This document shows, in pieces, positions 54,777-64,000 of a stretch of DNA of 64,000 nucleotides (within the stretch, counting starts at the first letter, position 1; every line of letters starts with the position of its first letter). The DNA comes from Methanobrevibacter sp. (GTDB lineage: Archaea; Methanobacteriota; Methanobacteria; Methanobacteriales; Methanobacteriaceae): assembly GCF_017431965.1 (NCBI RefSeq), contig NZ_JAFRKB010000039.1, positions 818 to 64,817 of the forward strand, given 5' to 3'. The notes beneath the pieces are model-generated. The model saw nothing but the letters and a program-made list of their open reading frames with translations, ran no database searches and was not told the origin of the DNA. The position numbers were made by a program, and so were the translations under genes.

Positions 54777-55229
54777 ATGACATCAGAAAAGGACAATTTT
54801 TTAGAGTCAAATTATTTTGCGGATACATTATTTGTTTTCCATAAAAACCATAAGGACTTTCTAAATCATGAACTTGCTAAGTATAATATTAGTTTAATTC
54901 AAGCATCTTGCATTATAAAAATATATGGTAATAAAGGAATAAGCCAAAAAGATTTGGCTAAAGATTTATATTTAACTAAAGGAGCTATTACCAAAGCCAT
55001 TACGAAATTGGAATCTAATGGATATATCGCACGTGAGAAATCACCGGAAGATAAACGTTATTTTGTATTAAATTTAACAGAGCAAGGCGAAAAGCTCATT
55101 CCAATAATGGGCGAAATTAATGAAAAATGGGAAAATGAATTAGGATTATCTGATATTGATTCTAGCTTTTTAGAAACATTTAAAGAATTAACATCAAGGG
55201 CCATTGACATAAACAAGGGAAAAATATAG
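54777..55229 (+). CDS. MarR-family transcriptional regulator
   Basis: GISQKDLA, TKGAITKAITKLESNGYI-x-R, DKR, LTEQG. Confidence 0.92.
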   Translation: MTSEKDNFLESNYFADTLFVFHKNHKDFLNHELAKYNISLIQASCIIKIYGNKGISQKDLAKDLYLTKGAITKAITKLESNGYIAREKSPEDKRYFVLNLTEQGEKLIPIMGEINEKWENELGLSDIDSSFLETFKELTSRAIDINKGKI

Positions 55230-55425
55230 AAGATTAGTTTCAAATGTTTTTTTAAGGTTATGTTAATAGTTAAAATTTGAATTTCAATGATTTATTTGCC
55301 ACGACAGCAGTGGTAACTATATCAATTCACCGAAATGCTTAAGCAAAATTCGAGCATATTTTCTATATTACTTTTCAAATGCTCTTTTAAAACCTTTATA
55401 AATATATAAATACAATATTTTTATC

Positions 55426-57747
55426 ATGGCTAGCTATATTAATCATCCACTCATTAAGGAGAATTCAATAGAGTCAAGACTTTATCAACAAATTCTCGCC
55501 GGTGATGTACTAAAAAATGGAAATACTATGATTGTTGCACCAACAGCATTAGGTAAAACAATTATAGCTATTTTGGTTGCTGCCGATAGGTTATATAAAG
55601 TAAAAAATTCTAAAGTGCTTGTTTTAGCCCCGTCCAAACCTTTGGCAATTCAGCATGAAGCTAGCTTTAAGGAATTCATAAACCTTCCATGCACTTCAAT
55701 AACAGGTGCTGTTAAAACAGATGAACGGGTTAAAAGATGGGAAGAGTCCAGAATCATTTCTGCAACTCCGCAAACTGTCGAATCAGACTTGCTTAATGGA
55801 CGCTATGATTTGAGCAGTGTTTCATTAGTCGTTTTTGATGAATGCCATCATGGTGTTGGATCTTATTCCTATGTTTATCTTGCATCAAGATATGTTCAGG
55901 AGTCTAAATTCAATTTAATTTTAGGTTTGACCGCTTCGCCCGGTTCAGATAAGTTAAAAATCAAAGAGGTTTGCCAGAATTTATACATTCAAAGCATTGT
56001 TGTTAAAACGGAAGATGATTCCGATGTAAGGCCTTACTTTAATCCAGTTGAAATAGAATGGGTTAGAGTTAAAATGAGTGAAGCATTAGAAAAGATTAAA
56101 ACCAATGTTGATAAAGCTTTAAAGATTAGATTAAAAGCTTTAAAGAATATGGGCATTATTAAAACGGTTTCTGTTGGCAAAAGTGATATTTTAAAAGCTA
56201 GGGGAAGAGTGCAGGGTGAGATTGCAAGAACAACCAATCCTAATAAAGACCTGTTCCAAGCCGTTTCAATTTTAAGTGCTGTCATCAATCTTCAGCATGC
56301 TCAGGAGTTAATCGAAACTCAGGGTGTTTCCACTTTCAACAAATATGTTGCCAGGCTTCGAAAAAAGAACACCAAAGCTGCAAAATCATTGATGTGGGAT
56401 GATAATTTTAGTCGCGCTATGAAACTTGCTAAAGAAGCCGAAAAGCATGGATGGGAACATCCAAAATTAAGGGAGCTTACTAAAATTCTTAAAAAGGAAC
56501 TTGGTTCTGGTGACGGTCAGACAAAACTTCAATCAACAAGATTCACTGATAATGAAGATGAAGCATCATCTAAGATTATTGTATTCACCCAATATCGGGA
56601 TACATTGGAGATGATTCATCAAAAGCTTGAAAAAGAGGGAATCAAATCTGCAAAGTTCTTTGGGCAGGCGTCTAAAGATGGTGAAAAAGGTTTAACTCAA
56701 AAACAACAAAAGGCTATCATCAAATCATTTAGGATGGGCGAATATGACGTGCTTTTATCAACAAGTGTTGCAGAAGAGGGAATTGACATTCCTGCAGTTG
56801 ATTTGGTTATACTATATGAACCGGTCCCATCTGAAGTCAGAATGATTCAGAGAAGAGGCAGAACCGGCCGTAAAAGAACTGGCCGTGTAAAGGTTTTAAT
56901 CACTAACGGAACAAGAGATGAAGGATATTACTGGTCTTCAGTTAATAAGGAAGTTAGTATGAAAAATCAATTAATTGACCCTGACGTTTTAGAGGAGCTT
57001 AATGCTTCTGCAGCCTTAAGAATGGAAAACGAGAAAAAGGTCAAAGTCCTTGAAAAGCCTAAAAAGGAAAATAATTTTCCAATAGTTTATGCCGACTCCC
57101 GCGAAGGAAATTCAAAGGTAATCAGACATTTGACTGAGATGGAAATGGATGTTAAAATTCAATCGATGGCTGTTGCAGATTATCAGGTAAGTGATGAGGT
57201 AGCTATCGAGAGGAAAACTGCAAAAGACTTTGTCGACTCAATAATTGATAAAAGATTATTTAAACAAGCCAGAGAGTTGTCTGAAGAGTTTAAAAAGCCT
57301 ATTTTAATTCTTGAAGGGGATGACTTATACGCAGGCATGGTAAATGCAAATGCGATTAGGGGATCCATCGCTTCAATTGCTCTTGATTTTGGAATCAGCA
57401 TTATTCCTACAAGAAATGCACAGGATACTGCTGCAATGATTAAAAGAATAGCTATCAGAGAACAGAATGGTGAAAGAACACCAGTTCAGATAAGAACAGA
57501 TAAAAAACCACTTAGCCTATTGGAACAACAACTGTTTATTGTCGAATCACTGCCTAGCATAGGTCCGGTCAATGCAAAAAATTTATTGGAACATTTCGGC
57601 TCTGTTTCAAATGTTATCAATGCTTCTGAAAAGGAACTTCAGGAAGTTGAAGGAATTGGTAAAAAAACAGCAGAATCAATTAAAAAAGTAGTTGACTCAA
57701 AATATTTGTATTTCAAAAAAGAGATTAAAGAGAAAAAACTTCTCTAG
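55426..57747 (+). CDS. hef: Hef (FANCM-like SF2 helicase fused to ERCC4/XPF nuclease and HhH)
   Basis: APTALGKT, DECHH, TASPG, TSVAEEGIDIP, QRRGRTGR; DSRE, ADY, IERKT-x2-D, HhH IGPVNA/GIGKK. Confidence 0.93.
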   Translation: MASYINHPLIKENSIESRLYQQILAGDVLKNGNTMIVAPTALGKTIIAILVAADRLYKVKNSKVLVLAPSKPLAIQHEASFKEFINLPCTSITGAVKTDERVKRWEESRIISATPQTVESDLLNGRYDLSSVSLVVFDECHHGVGSYSYVYLASRYVQESKFNLILGLTASPGSDKLKIKEVCQNLYIQSIVVKTEDDSDVRPYFNPVEIEWVRVKMSEALEKIKTNVDKALKIRLKALKNMGIIKTVSVGKSDILKARGRVQGEIARTTNPNKDLFQAVSILSAVINLQHAQELIETQGVSTFNKYVARLRKKNTKAAKSLMWDDNFSRAMKLAKEAEKHGWEHPKLRELTKILKKELGSGDGQTKLQSTRFTDNEDEASSKIIVFTQYRDTLEMIHQKLEKEGIKSAKFFGQASKDGEKGLTQKQQKAIIKSFRMGEYDVLLSTSVAEEGIDIPAVDLVILYEPVPSEVRMIQRRGRTGRKRTGRVKVLITNGTRDEGYYWSSVNKEVSMKNQLIDPDVLEELNASAALRMENEKKVKVLEKPKKENNFPIVYADSREGNSKVIRHLTEMEMDVKIQSMAVADYQVSDEVAIERKTAKDFVDSIIDKRLFKQARELSEEFKKPILILEGDDLYAGMVNANAIRGSIASIALDFGISIIPTRNAQDTAAMIKRIAIREQNGERTPVQIRTDKKPLSLLEQQLFIVESLPSIGPVNAKNLLEHFGSVSNVINASEKELQEVEGIGKKTAESIKKVVDSKYLYFKKEIKEKKLL

Positions 57748-58490
57748 AAGTTTTTCTTTATATATTCATAACTTTTTTTAATAGAATCTTCATCATTTAC
57801 TTCTATGATGTAGATGCCATCATAATTTTTAGACTCGAATTTATTGATGATATGTTTTAAATCAATAGAGCCTTCACCTAATGCAAGGTGTGAGTCATCA
57901 TCACCAAAATTATCATGGGCATGTATGTGTTTAATCGAATCAAAATACATCTCGTCTGCAGGATATCCTACATGATTTGCATGGCCGATGTCTAGTGTCA
58001 TAAACATTTCATTTTCTCTAAGAAACTCGTCCAATTTTTCCAGATTTTGGTAAATCATTCCCTCGAAGGTAGGCATATTTTCTATTGCGGCATTCACGCC
58101 TAGGTCTTTACCGTAATCTCCAAGTTCCTTAATTGATTCATTGGCGATTTTATAGACTTTATCTTCAAATGGTCTTGCTAAAAACGGCATCAATCCCGGA
58201 TGAACAACTACGGTTTCGGCGTCAATTCTATTGGCCAAATCTATCGATGATTTGATTTGTGATATTGAATTTAACCTGCTTTTTTCCTGAAGGGATGCAA
58301 TATTCACGTCCATGAATGGTGAATGAATGGAATATTTTAAGTTATAGCTTTCTAAAAGTTCACTATCAATTTTTTCGTAAGGGAATTGATGAACCAATTC
58401 CGCATATTCCAATCCTAAGCTTTCAATAAAGCCTAAAATATCTTCTAAATTCTCATGTAGTCCTGCTAATGTGGATGCGCCTATTTTCAT
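57744..58490 (-). CDS. Sugar phosphate isomerase/epimerase (AP-endonuclease-2-like TIM barrel)
   Basis: SIHSPF, VVHPG, IENMP, LDIGHA, HIHAHDN, DSHLALGEG, IIE. Confidence 0.87.
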   Translation of the reverse strand: MKIGASTLAGLHENLEDILGFIESLGLEYAELVHQFPYEKIDSELLESYNLKYSIHSPFMDVNIASLQEKSRLNSISQIKSSIDLANRIDAETVVVHPGLMPFLARPFEDKVYKIANESIKELGDYGKDLGVNAAIENMPTFEGMIYQNLEKLDEFLRENEMFMTLDIGHANHVGYPADEMYFDSIKHIHAHDNFGDDDSHLALGEGSIDLKHIINKFESKNYDGIYIIEVNDEDSIKKSYEYIKKNF

Positions 58491-58497
58491 ATTATCA

Positions 58498-60339
58498 CTA
58501 TTTTTTCGCTGCAGTTATTTCCAATCCCATTTCAATAGCTTCAATAATCAAATCAGATAGTTCAATTCCGTTTTTGATTTTTATTTCACCTTTTTTTGAA
58601 GTGGTTGCGGTAAGCAAATATTCTCCTTCAATATAAACATCAAAATTTTGTCTTCCATTGTCTCTTCCAAGGTCTAAAATCAGCTGTTTTCTTGTATGGA
58701 TGATATCAACTTCAAATGGAGTTTTATTCTTTGGCTTTTCTTCGATTATTTCCACCCCAAGACTTATTCCAATTTCATCTTCAATTTCAGCTATCCTCTT
58801 TCCATTTTTACCAATGATTTTCGGAATGTATTGCTCAGGGATATAAATATTGGCTCGCTCAGGGGATATTACTTCAACATCTACCTTTGATTTTTTAGGG
58901 AGAATCTTTTTGATTTTTCTTAAGATTTCCTTCTCGGCAATTTTGTCAACGGAAGATTTGTATCTCTCAGTGCTGTCGGTTCCATTCACCAAATCCATAT
59001 CCATTACGATGGTCTGCTCACCATATGTATAAATTTCATTTTTAAGTTCGCCGGTTTCAAAATCACGAACTTCAATCACGGGTCTTGCAAGATCCGCCTC
59101 TTTCATTCCAGTAGGCACTTTAACGGTCATTTTTGTTTCATAAACGCTTGTAACCTTACCATCTTCAATGTAAATGCTTGTGTCAACAATTGAAGGTATA
59201 ACTCCAAGTTCTACTCTTGAAGCTATTCTTTGAATCGCATCAATAGGTCTTGTTGCATGCACAACACCAATCATTCCAACGCCAGCAAGACGCATATCTG
59301 CAAAAATGTTAAAGTCGGTATTTTTCCTAAGCTCATCATAAATTGTATAATCAGGTCTTACAAGCAGCAATACATCTGCAGTATTTTCCATACTTCCTTC
59401 TAGTGGGCTGTATTGTGTTATTTCATCAGGCAATTGTAAATCTCTTGGGGATTCCATTGTTTTTACAATTTTATTTAGTTTTGATGAGTAGTATTTTGCG
59501 ATGGCCTGTACGAATGTGGATTTACCTGCACCTGGAGAACCTGAAATCAATATTCCTTCTGCATTGGTTCTTATTCTTTCAAGCAATTTATCAGATAAGC
59601 GATATTCATCTAAATTAATGTTGGCAACTGGTTTGACAGCAGTAACTTCCAATCCTTCAGAAAATGGAGGGTAAGCTATTGAAATCCTGTATTCTCGTGA
59701 TTGCACTACGAATGACCCTTCTTTATCGGATTCCAAATATGTTCTTGAATCGCTATTTGCCTTATCAAGAATTTCATCAACGATTTCATGAATTTGTGAG
59801 TATGAATAAGGTTCATCTTCAAGTTTAACAAAGTCAATATGTCCGGGAGTTCCTTTCTTGGCCATTGGACAAACATTTTCCTTTAAATGCACGGACATTG
59901 TATTTTCATCAAAGAATTTTTCAATTGAGAGAGCTTTTTCAACATATTTCTGTTCGAAGTAGTAAACAGGGATTCCCTGTGCTTTTGCGGTTTCGGCTTG
60001 TACCTTGTCGCTTGTAAGTAATGTTCCCATTTCTGATCTTGCAAGGTCACGGATAATGCTGTCGATTTCACCGCTTTTTGCATATTTGATATCATAATTG
60101 GTAGGTCTTTTTCCTTTAAAGCTGATTGCAAGTTCACCTTCATATTGCAGATGCTGTAGTTTCTGAAGCTCTTTTAAACCTTTTCTGCCTTCATTTCTGT
60201 TTGCATTTGCCTGATGTTCAAGTTCACATACAACGGCTTCAGGCACAATAATCTCCGGATAGTCCAGATCTTCTTTTTCGATTATTTCACTTACTGCACC
60301 TATTATGACGGCACTGGTGTCTGGAATTATACGTTTCAT
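58498..60339 (-). CDS. PIN-domain ATPase with KH domain (PINA type)
   Basis: PIN DTSAVI/ELEHQAN; Walker A GSPGAGKST, ESPRDL, DELR, GVVHAT; KH IIGKNGKRI; start ATG 60339. Confidence 0.92.
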   Translation of the reverse strand: MKRIIPDTSAVIIGAVSEIIEKEDLDYPEIIVPEAVVCELEHQANANRNEGRKGLKELQKLQHLQYEGELAISFKGKRPTNYDIKYAKSGEIDSIIRDLARSEMGTLLTSDKVQAETAKAQGIPVYYFEQKYVEKALSIEKFFDENTMSVHLKENVCPMAKKGTPGHIDFVKLEDEPYSYSQIHEIVDEILDKANSDSRTYLESDKEGSFVVQSREYRISIAYPPFSEGLEVTAVKPVANINLDEYRLSDKLLERIRTNAEGILISGSPGAGKSTFVQAIAKYYSSKLNKIVKTMESPRDLQLPDEITQYSPLEGSMENTADVLLLVRPDYTIYDELRKNTDFNIFADMRLAGVGMIGVVHATRPIDAIQRIASRVELGVIPSIVDTSIYIEDGKVTSVYETKMTVKVPTGMKEADLARPVIEVRDFETGELKNEIYTYGEQTIVMDMDLVNGTDSTERYKSSVDKIAEKEILRKIKKILPKKSKVDVEVISPERANIYIPEQYIPKIIGKNGKRIAEIEDEIGISLGVEIIEEKPKNKTPFEVDIIHTRKQLILDLGRDNGRQNFDVYIEGEYLLTATTSKKGEIKIKNGIELSDLIIEAIEMGLEITAAKK

Positions 60340-60340
60340 T

Positions 60341-60745
60341 TTAATACACATCATCTGGGTTTACAAGTCTTTCTAAAATAACTTCTAAATCATCATCCTT
60401 TAAATCACAAATATCAACATCTTCAGTATTTAATTTTCTAAAAAAGCATGAAAGATAACCTTCGTGGCATGCGGCTCCTGTTTGCTTAATTTTCAAAACA
60501 ATCGCATCCATGTCACAGTCAACAAGAATTTCCTTAACTTCTTGAAAGTGCCCTGAACTTTCTCCCTTTAGCCAGATTTTATTTCTTGAAGTGCTCCAGT
60601 AATGGGCCTTGCCTGTTTCAATTGTTTTTTGGAGAGCATCTTTGTTCATATTTGCCAGCATCAGAATTTGGTTTGTATCAGCGTCCTGAGCAACAGCGGT
60701 AATGACTTTTTGTCCATTAATTTCATGTCTGAAGTTGATTTCCAT
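60341..60745 (-). CDS. hisI: Phosphoribosyl-AMP cyclohydrolase
   Basis: LMLANMN, YWSTSR, WLKGESSG, DCDMD, ACHEGYLSCF. Confidence 0.95.
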   Translation of the reverse strand: MEINFRHEINGQKVITAVAQDADTNQILMLANMNKDALQKTIETGKAHYWSTSRNKIWLKGESSGHFQEVKEILVDCDMDAIVLKIKQTGAACHEGYLSCFFRKLNTEDVDICDLKDDDLEVILERLVNPDDVY

Positions 60746-60747
60746 AT

Positions 60748-62043
60748 TTATTCACCTTTTATGTATTCTACAATATTGTCGATGTCGATTAATTCCTGAT
60801 TGCCGCTAACCATATCCTTGATTGTAATTTTGCCTTGCTCCAAATCCTTAGCGCCTATAATTGCTATTTTACCAACTTTGATTTTATCGGCATGATTCAT
60901 TAGTTTTTTGAACTTTTTACCGTTTAAGTCAACATCCGCCTTAATGTCATTTCTTCTTAAAATTTGGGTTATTTCATAGGCCTTGTCGCGCACATCATCT
61001 GAAATCGGAGCTACATAGATGTCTAAGTGTGAAGGCAATTCTTCAGCTTCTGTCAACTCTTCGATTGCATTCATCAGTCTGTCAAAACCTAATGCAAAGC
61101 CTGTTGATTCGACTTCCTGGCCTCCAAACACTTTAACGAGACTGTATGACCCTCCGCCACAGATCTGTTTTTGGGCACCTAGTTCCGGAACATAGATTTC
61201 AAACACGATTCCGGTATAGTAGTCAAGTCCCCTTGCAACACCTAGGTTTAAGGTATAGTTTTCAACATCGAAGCTTTCAAGCAATGAAATTAATTCCTTT
61301 AACTCTTCTAGTGCTTCTTTTGGCTCATCATAAGGTGCAATCAATTCTTCGACATCACTTAGTATGGATTTATCTCCAACCAAATCAATCAATTTTAATA
61401 AAATTTGATTCAGTTCATCATTGTCAATAACTGGACTTTCACCGCTTAACGATTCTATTAATAAATCTTTGTCTCCTTTATCAATGACGACCATTATTTC
61501 CCTTTGGGTTTCAGTTGAAATTTCAAAGTGTTTAAACAGTCCTCTAATAATTCCCAAGTGGTTGATATTGACATCTGCGGTGGTTATTCCTAAGGCGTTG
61601 ATGGAATCTGTACAAAGGGCAATGACTTCAGCTTCTCCCTGAGGTGTTTTAGCACCAATCAATTCGCAGCCGAATTGCCAGAACTGTCTGAATCTTCCCT
61701 TTTGAGGTCTTTCATATCTAAAACAGCTTCCATAGTAATATAATTTAATTGGTTTTGTTGCAGTTTTTTCAAGTTCGTTCAGGTATAATCTTGCAACAGG
61801 AGCGGTTATTTCCGGTCTTAAAGTTAATTCCCTGTCTGATTTATCCTTAAAGTTGTATAATTGGTCAACAATTTCTTCTCCAGATTTTGTTGTAAATAAC
61901 TTTAATTCTTCAAATAATGGTGTTTTGATTTCTTGATAACCATAATTTTCAAAAATATTTCTTAAGGTACTTTCTGCCTTTTTTCTCTGTCTCATTTCAT
62001 CAAATAAGAAATCTCTAGTACCTCTTGGTCTTGTAAATTCCAT
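60748..62043 (-). CDS. hisS: Histidine-tRNA ligase
   Basis: PRGTRDF, LRPEITAP, FRYERPQKGRFRQF, RGLDYYTG, GGGSY, GFALGFDRL; true start ATG 62043 after AGGAG. Confidence 0.96.
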   Translation of the reverse strand: MEFTRPRGTRDFLFDEMRQRKKAESTLRNIFENYGYQEIKTPLFEELKLFTTKSGEEIVDQLYNFKDKSDRELTLRPEITAPVARLYLNELEKTATKPIKLYYYGSCFRYERPQKGRFRQFWQFGCELIGAKTPQGEAEVIALCTDSINALGITTADVNINHLGIIRGLFKHFEISTETQREIMVVIDKGDKDLLIESLSGESPVIDNDELNQILLKLIDLVGDKSILSDVEELIAPYDEPKEALEELKELISLLESFDVENYTLNLGVARGLDYYTGIVFEIYVPELGAQKQICGGGSYSLVKVFGGQEVESTGFALGFDRLMNAIEELTEAEELPSHLDIYVAPISDDVRDKAYEITQILRRNDIKADVDLNGKKFKKLMNHADKIKVGKIAIIGAKDLEQGKITIKDMVSGNQELIDIDNIVEYIKGE

Positions 62044-62297
62044 TTTTGCTCTCCTATGAATATAATATATTATAATTAAAATTTGTATTTTTGAAGTTAT
62101 ATAATCTTTTGTTAAGCTTACTTTTCTGATGCTCTTAGGCAAGCTGTTAGTTAATTGAGTTTTTTATTTTTAAATAGGTTTTTGTGTTGTGATTTTACAT
62201 AAAGGCACAACTGTGTTTTTACACATTTTTGCAGTTAAAATAGTTTTAACTGTTAGTAAATGCAGTAAATTATTAAATAAACTCTGTGAGTGATATC

Positions 62298-63338
62298 ATG
62301 GTAAAATATAAGTTGGTGGATACATTACTGTATCAGACGGAAGAAGGTGCTGTTGAAGGAAAATTCATCATTGGTGATGATACTCTGTGGGCAAGTAGAA
62401 AGACTGTTTCTGAGATTTTTGGAACTACTGGACAAAATATTTCTGATCATTTCAGGAATATTGTTCGAGAAGGTGAACTTGAAGAAAATGAAGTTAGTAT
62501 AAGTTCTAAAGAACTATTTAAAGATGATTTAGAATTTAGAAAGAAATTCTTGCAAAATTCTAATAATCGAGGTAGACCTCAGATATGGTATAATCTTGAC
62601 GCAATCATATCAATAGGATATAGAATCAATTCAAAAAAGGCTACACAGTTTCGTATATGGTCTAGAGATATTTTGAAGCAATATATGAGAAAAGGTTTTG
62701 TAATCAACAAAGAGCTTTTGATGAAAGGCGGAAAATTCACTGAAGAATATTTTGAAGAACTTGTTGATGTAATTCGCGAAATCAGATCTTCCGAGCGAAG
62801 GGTGTATGAAAAAGTAACGGACTTGTTTGCAACTTCTTATGATTATAACAAAAATGCTGAAATAACAAGGGAGTTCTATGCCAAAGTTCAAAACAAACTT
62901 CATTATGCCGTTGTTGGTCTGACTGCTCCTGAAATCATATACGAGAGAGCTGACAGTAAGAAAGAACACATGGGATTGACCACATGGTCAAGGGCACCGG
63001 ATGGAAAGGTATTGCTGAGGGATGCAAAAATTGCTAAAAATTACTTGAGCGAAAAAGAATTGAAAACATTAAACCGTGTTGTAAGCATGTATTTGGATTA
63101 TGCTGAAGATAGGGCTGAAAGGCAAATTCCAATGTCTATGAAAGACTGGGCTGAAAGATTGGATAAATTTTTGGAGTTCTATGAATATGCAGTTTTAAAA
63201 GACAAGGGAAAAATTAGCCGGGAAGCCGTTGATGAATTTGTTGAAATTGAATTTGAGAAATTCAAGCCGGTTCAGGACAGGTTGTTCAAGTCCGATTATA
63301 ATAAGTTTGATGAGGAAACCAGAAGATACCTGGTTTAA
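62298..63338 (+). CDS. RhuM-family (virulence RhuM / Fic-associated) putative DNA-binding protein
   Basis: YNLDAIISIGYRINS, ATQFRIW, YFEEL, IREIRSSER, VQNKLHYA, MGLTTW, IAKNYL, YLDYAE. Confidence 0.88.
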   Translation: MVKYKLVDTLLYQTEEGAVEGKFIIGDDTLWASRKTVSEIFGTTGQNISDHFRNIVREGELEENEVSISSKELFKDDLEFRKKFLQNSNNRGRPQIWYNLDAIISIGYRINSKKATQFRIWSRDILKQYMRKGFVINKELLMKGGKFTEEYFEELVDVIREIRSSERRVYEKVTDLFATSYDYNKNAEITREFYAKVQNKLHYAVVGLTAPEIIYERADSKKEHMGLTTWSRAPDGKVLLRDAKIAKNYLSEKELKTLNRVVSMYLDYAEDRAERQIPMSMKDWAERLDKFLEFYEYAVLKDKGKISREAVDEFVEIEFEKFKPVQDRLFKSDYNKFDEETRRYLV

Positions 63339-63378
63339 CATCAATCTTTTTATATTTTTTTAAATTAATTATTATTAT

Positions 63379-64000
63379 ATGAATATTAAAGGTAGTACAA
63401 ATATTGTGGGTTTGATAGGCCATCCTGTTGAACATAGTTTTTCACCGCCAATGCACAATGCTGCATTTAAAGCATTGGGGATGGATTATGCTTATGTCGC
63501 TTTTGATGTTGAACCTGAAGATTTAAAATCAGCTATCGAAGGTGCAAAGGCATTAAATGTTAAGGGATTTAATGTAACCATTCCTCATAAGGTTAATGTA
63601 ATGGAATATTTGGATGAATTGGATGAAGTGGCCGAGCTGATAGGTGCCGTAAACACTATTGATTTTAAAAACTTGAAAGGTTACAATACTGATGGTATTG
63701 GTGCCATTAAAGCCATTGAAGAGGTAACCAGTATTAAAGGTAAAAATGTAGTTGTTGTGGGTGCAGGTGGCGCATCAAGGGCAATATCCTTTTACATTGC
63801 TAAATATGACGCTCAAAGTTTAACAATACTTAATAGAAACGAATCCAAAGCTCAAAACTTGGCCAGGGATGTGTTGAGTTCCGATTTAATCAGTGATGTC
63901 AAATCAGATTCAATTTCTGAAATTAATGCTTACTTAAAAGATGCAGACATTTTAATTGATACTACTCCTTTGGGAATGGATCCCCATATTGATGATGAAC
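63379..64000 (+). CDS. aroE: Shikimate dehydrogenase (3'-truncated by window edge; absent from ORF track)
   Basis: MNIKGSTNIVGLIGHPVEHSFSPPMHNAAF, GFNVTIPHK, GAVNT, GYNTDG, GAGGASRA, ILNR, TTPLGM. Confidence 0.95.
   Translation, partial: MNIKGSTNIVGLIGHPVEHSFSPPMHNAAFKALGMDYAYVAFDVEPEDLKSAIEGAKALNVKGFNVTIPHKVNVMEYLDELDEVAELIGAVNTIDFKNLKGYNTDGIGAIKAIEEVTSIKGKNVVVVGAGGASRAISFYIAKYDAQSLTILNRNESKAQNLARDVLSSDLISDVKSDSISEINAYLKDADILIDTTPLGMDPHIDDE

Noticed and set aside
55296-55384. Small hairpin TTGCCAC-gacagca-GTGGTAA and GAGCAT/ATGCTC repeat upstream of hef
   Set aside because: Too short to support an ncRNA or operator call without conservation data; no proper C/D boxes

Overview
AT-rich, gene-dense, mostly core chromosome of a hydrogenotrophic, pseudomurein-walled methanogen. 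It looks like Methanobrevibacter (Methanobacteriales), judging by mtd, fae-hps, cfbB/cbiA, methanogenesis marker 12, paired archaeal Mur ligases, a DUF11 adhesin and AGGTGA/GGAGG Shine-Dalgarno sites. About 60 CDSs and one tRNA-Val(UAC) are supported. They cover amino-acid, purine and cofactor biosynthesis, four aminoacyl-tRNA synthetases, Kae1-Bud32, rps15, the DNA-repair genes Hef, PINA and a RecJ/GAN-like DHH protein, and cell-envelope genes. I found no CRISPR array, rRNA, transposase, integrase or prophage, and no clear multi-gene defence island. Best leads: (1) an LPxTG-like 'MYATGNP'-TM-RRR sorting signal and a Lys/Asp/Asn isopeptide triad in the adhesin; (2) dispersed candidate pseudomurein/envelope genes (Wzy-like polymerase, flippase, UppP, two Mur ligases, an orphan ATP-grasp ligase); (3) two genes that appear to start at ATT behind strong SD sites; (4) a membrane-anchored, possibly inactive Mrr-like nuclease; (5) an AbrB-like coiled-coil repeat protein; (6) an unannotated 47-aa ORF; (7) recurrent hairpins at stop codons and several operator-like palindromes; (8) a solitary RhuM gene. 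All family calls come from motif recognition by eye; no database searches were run.
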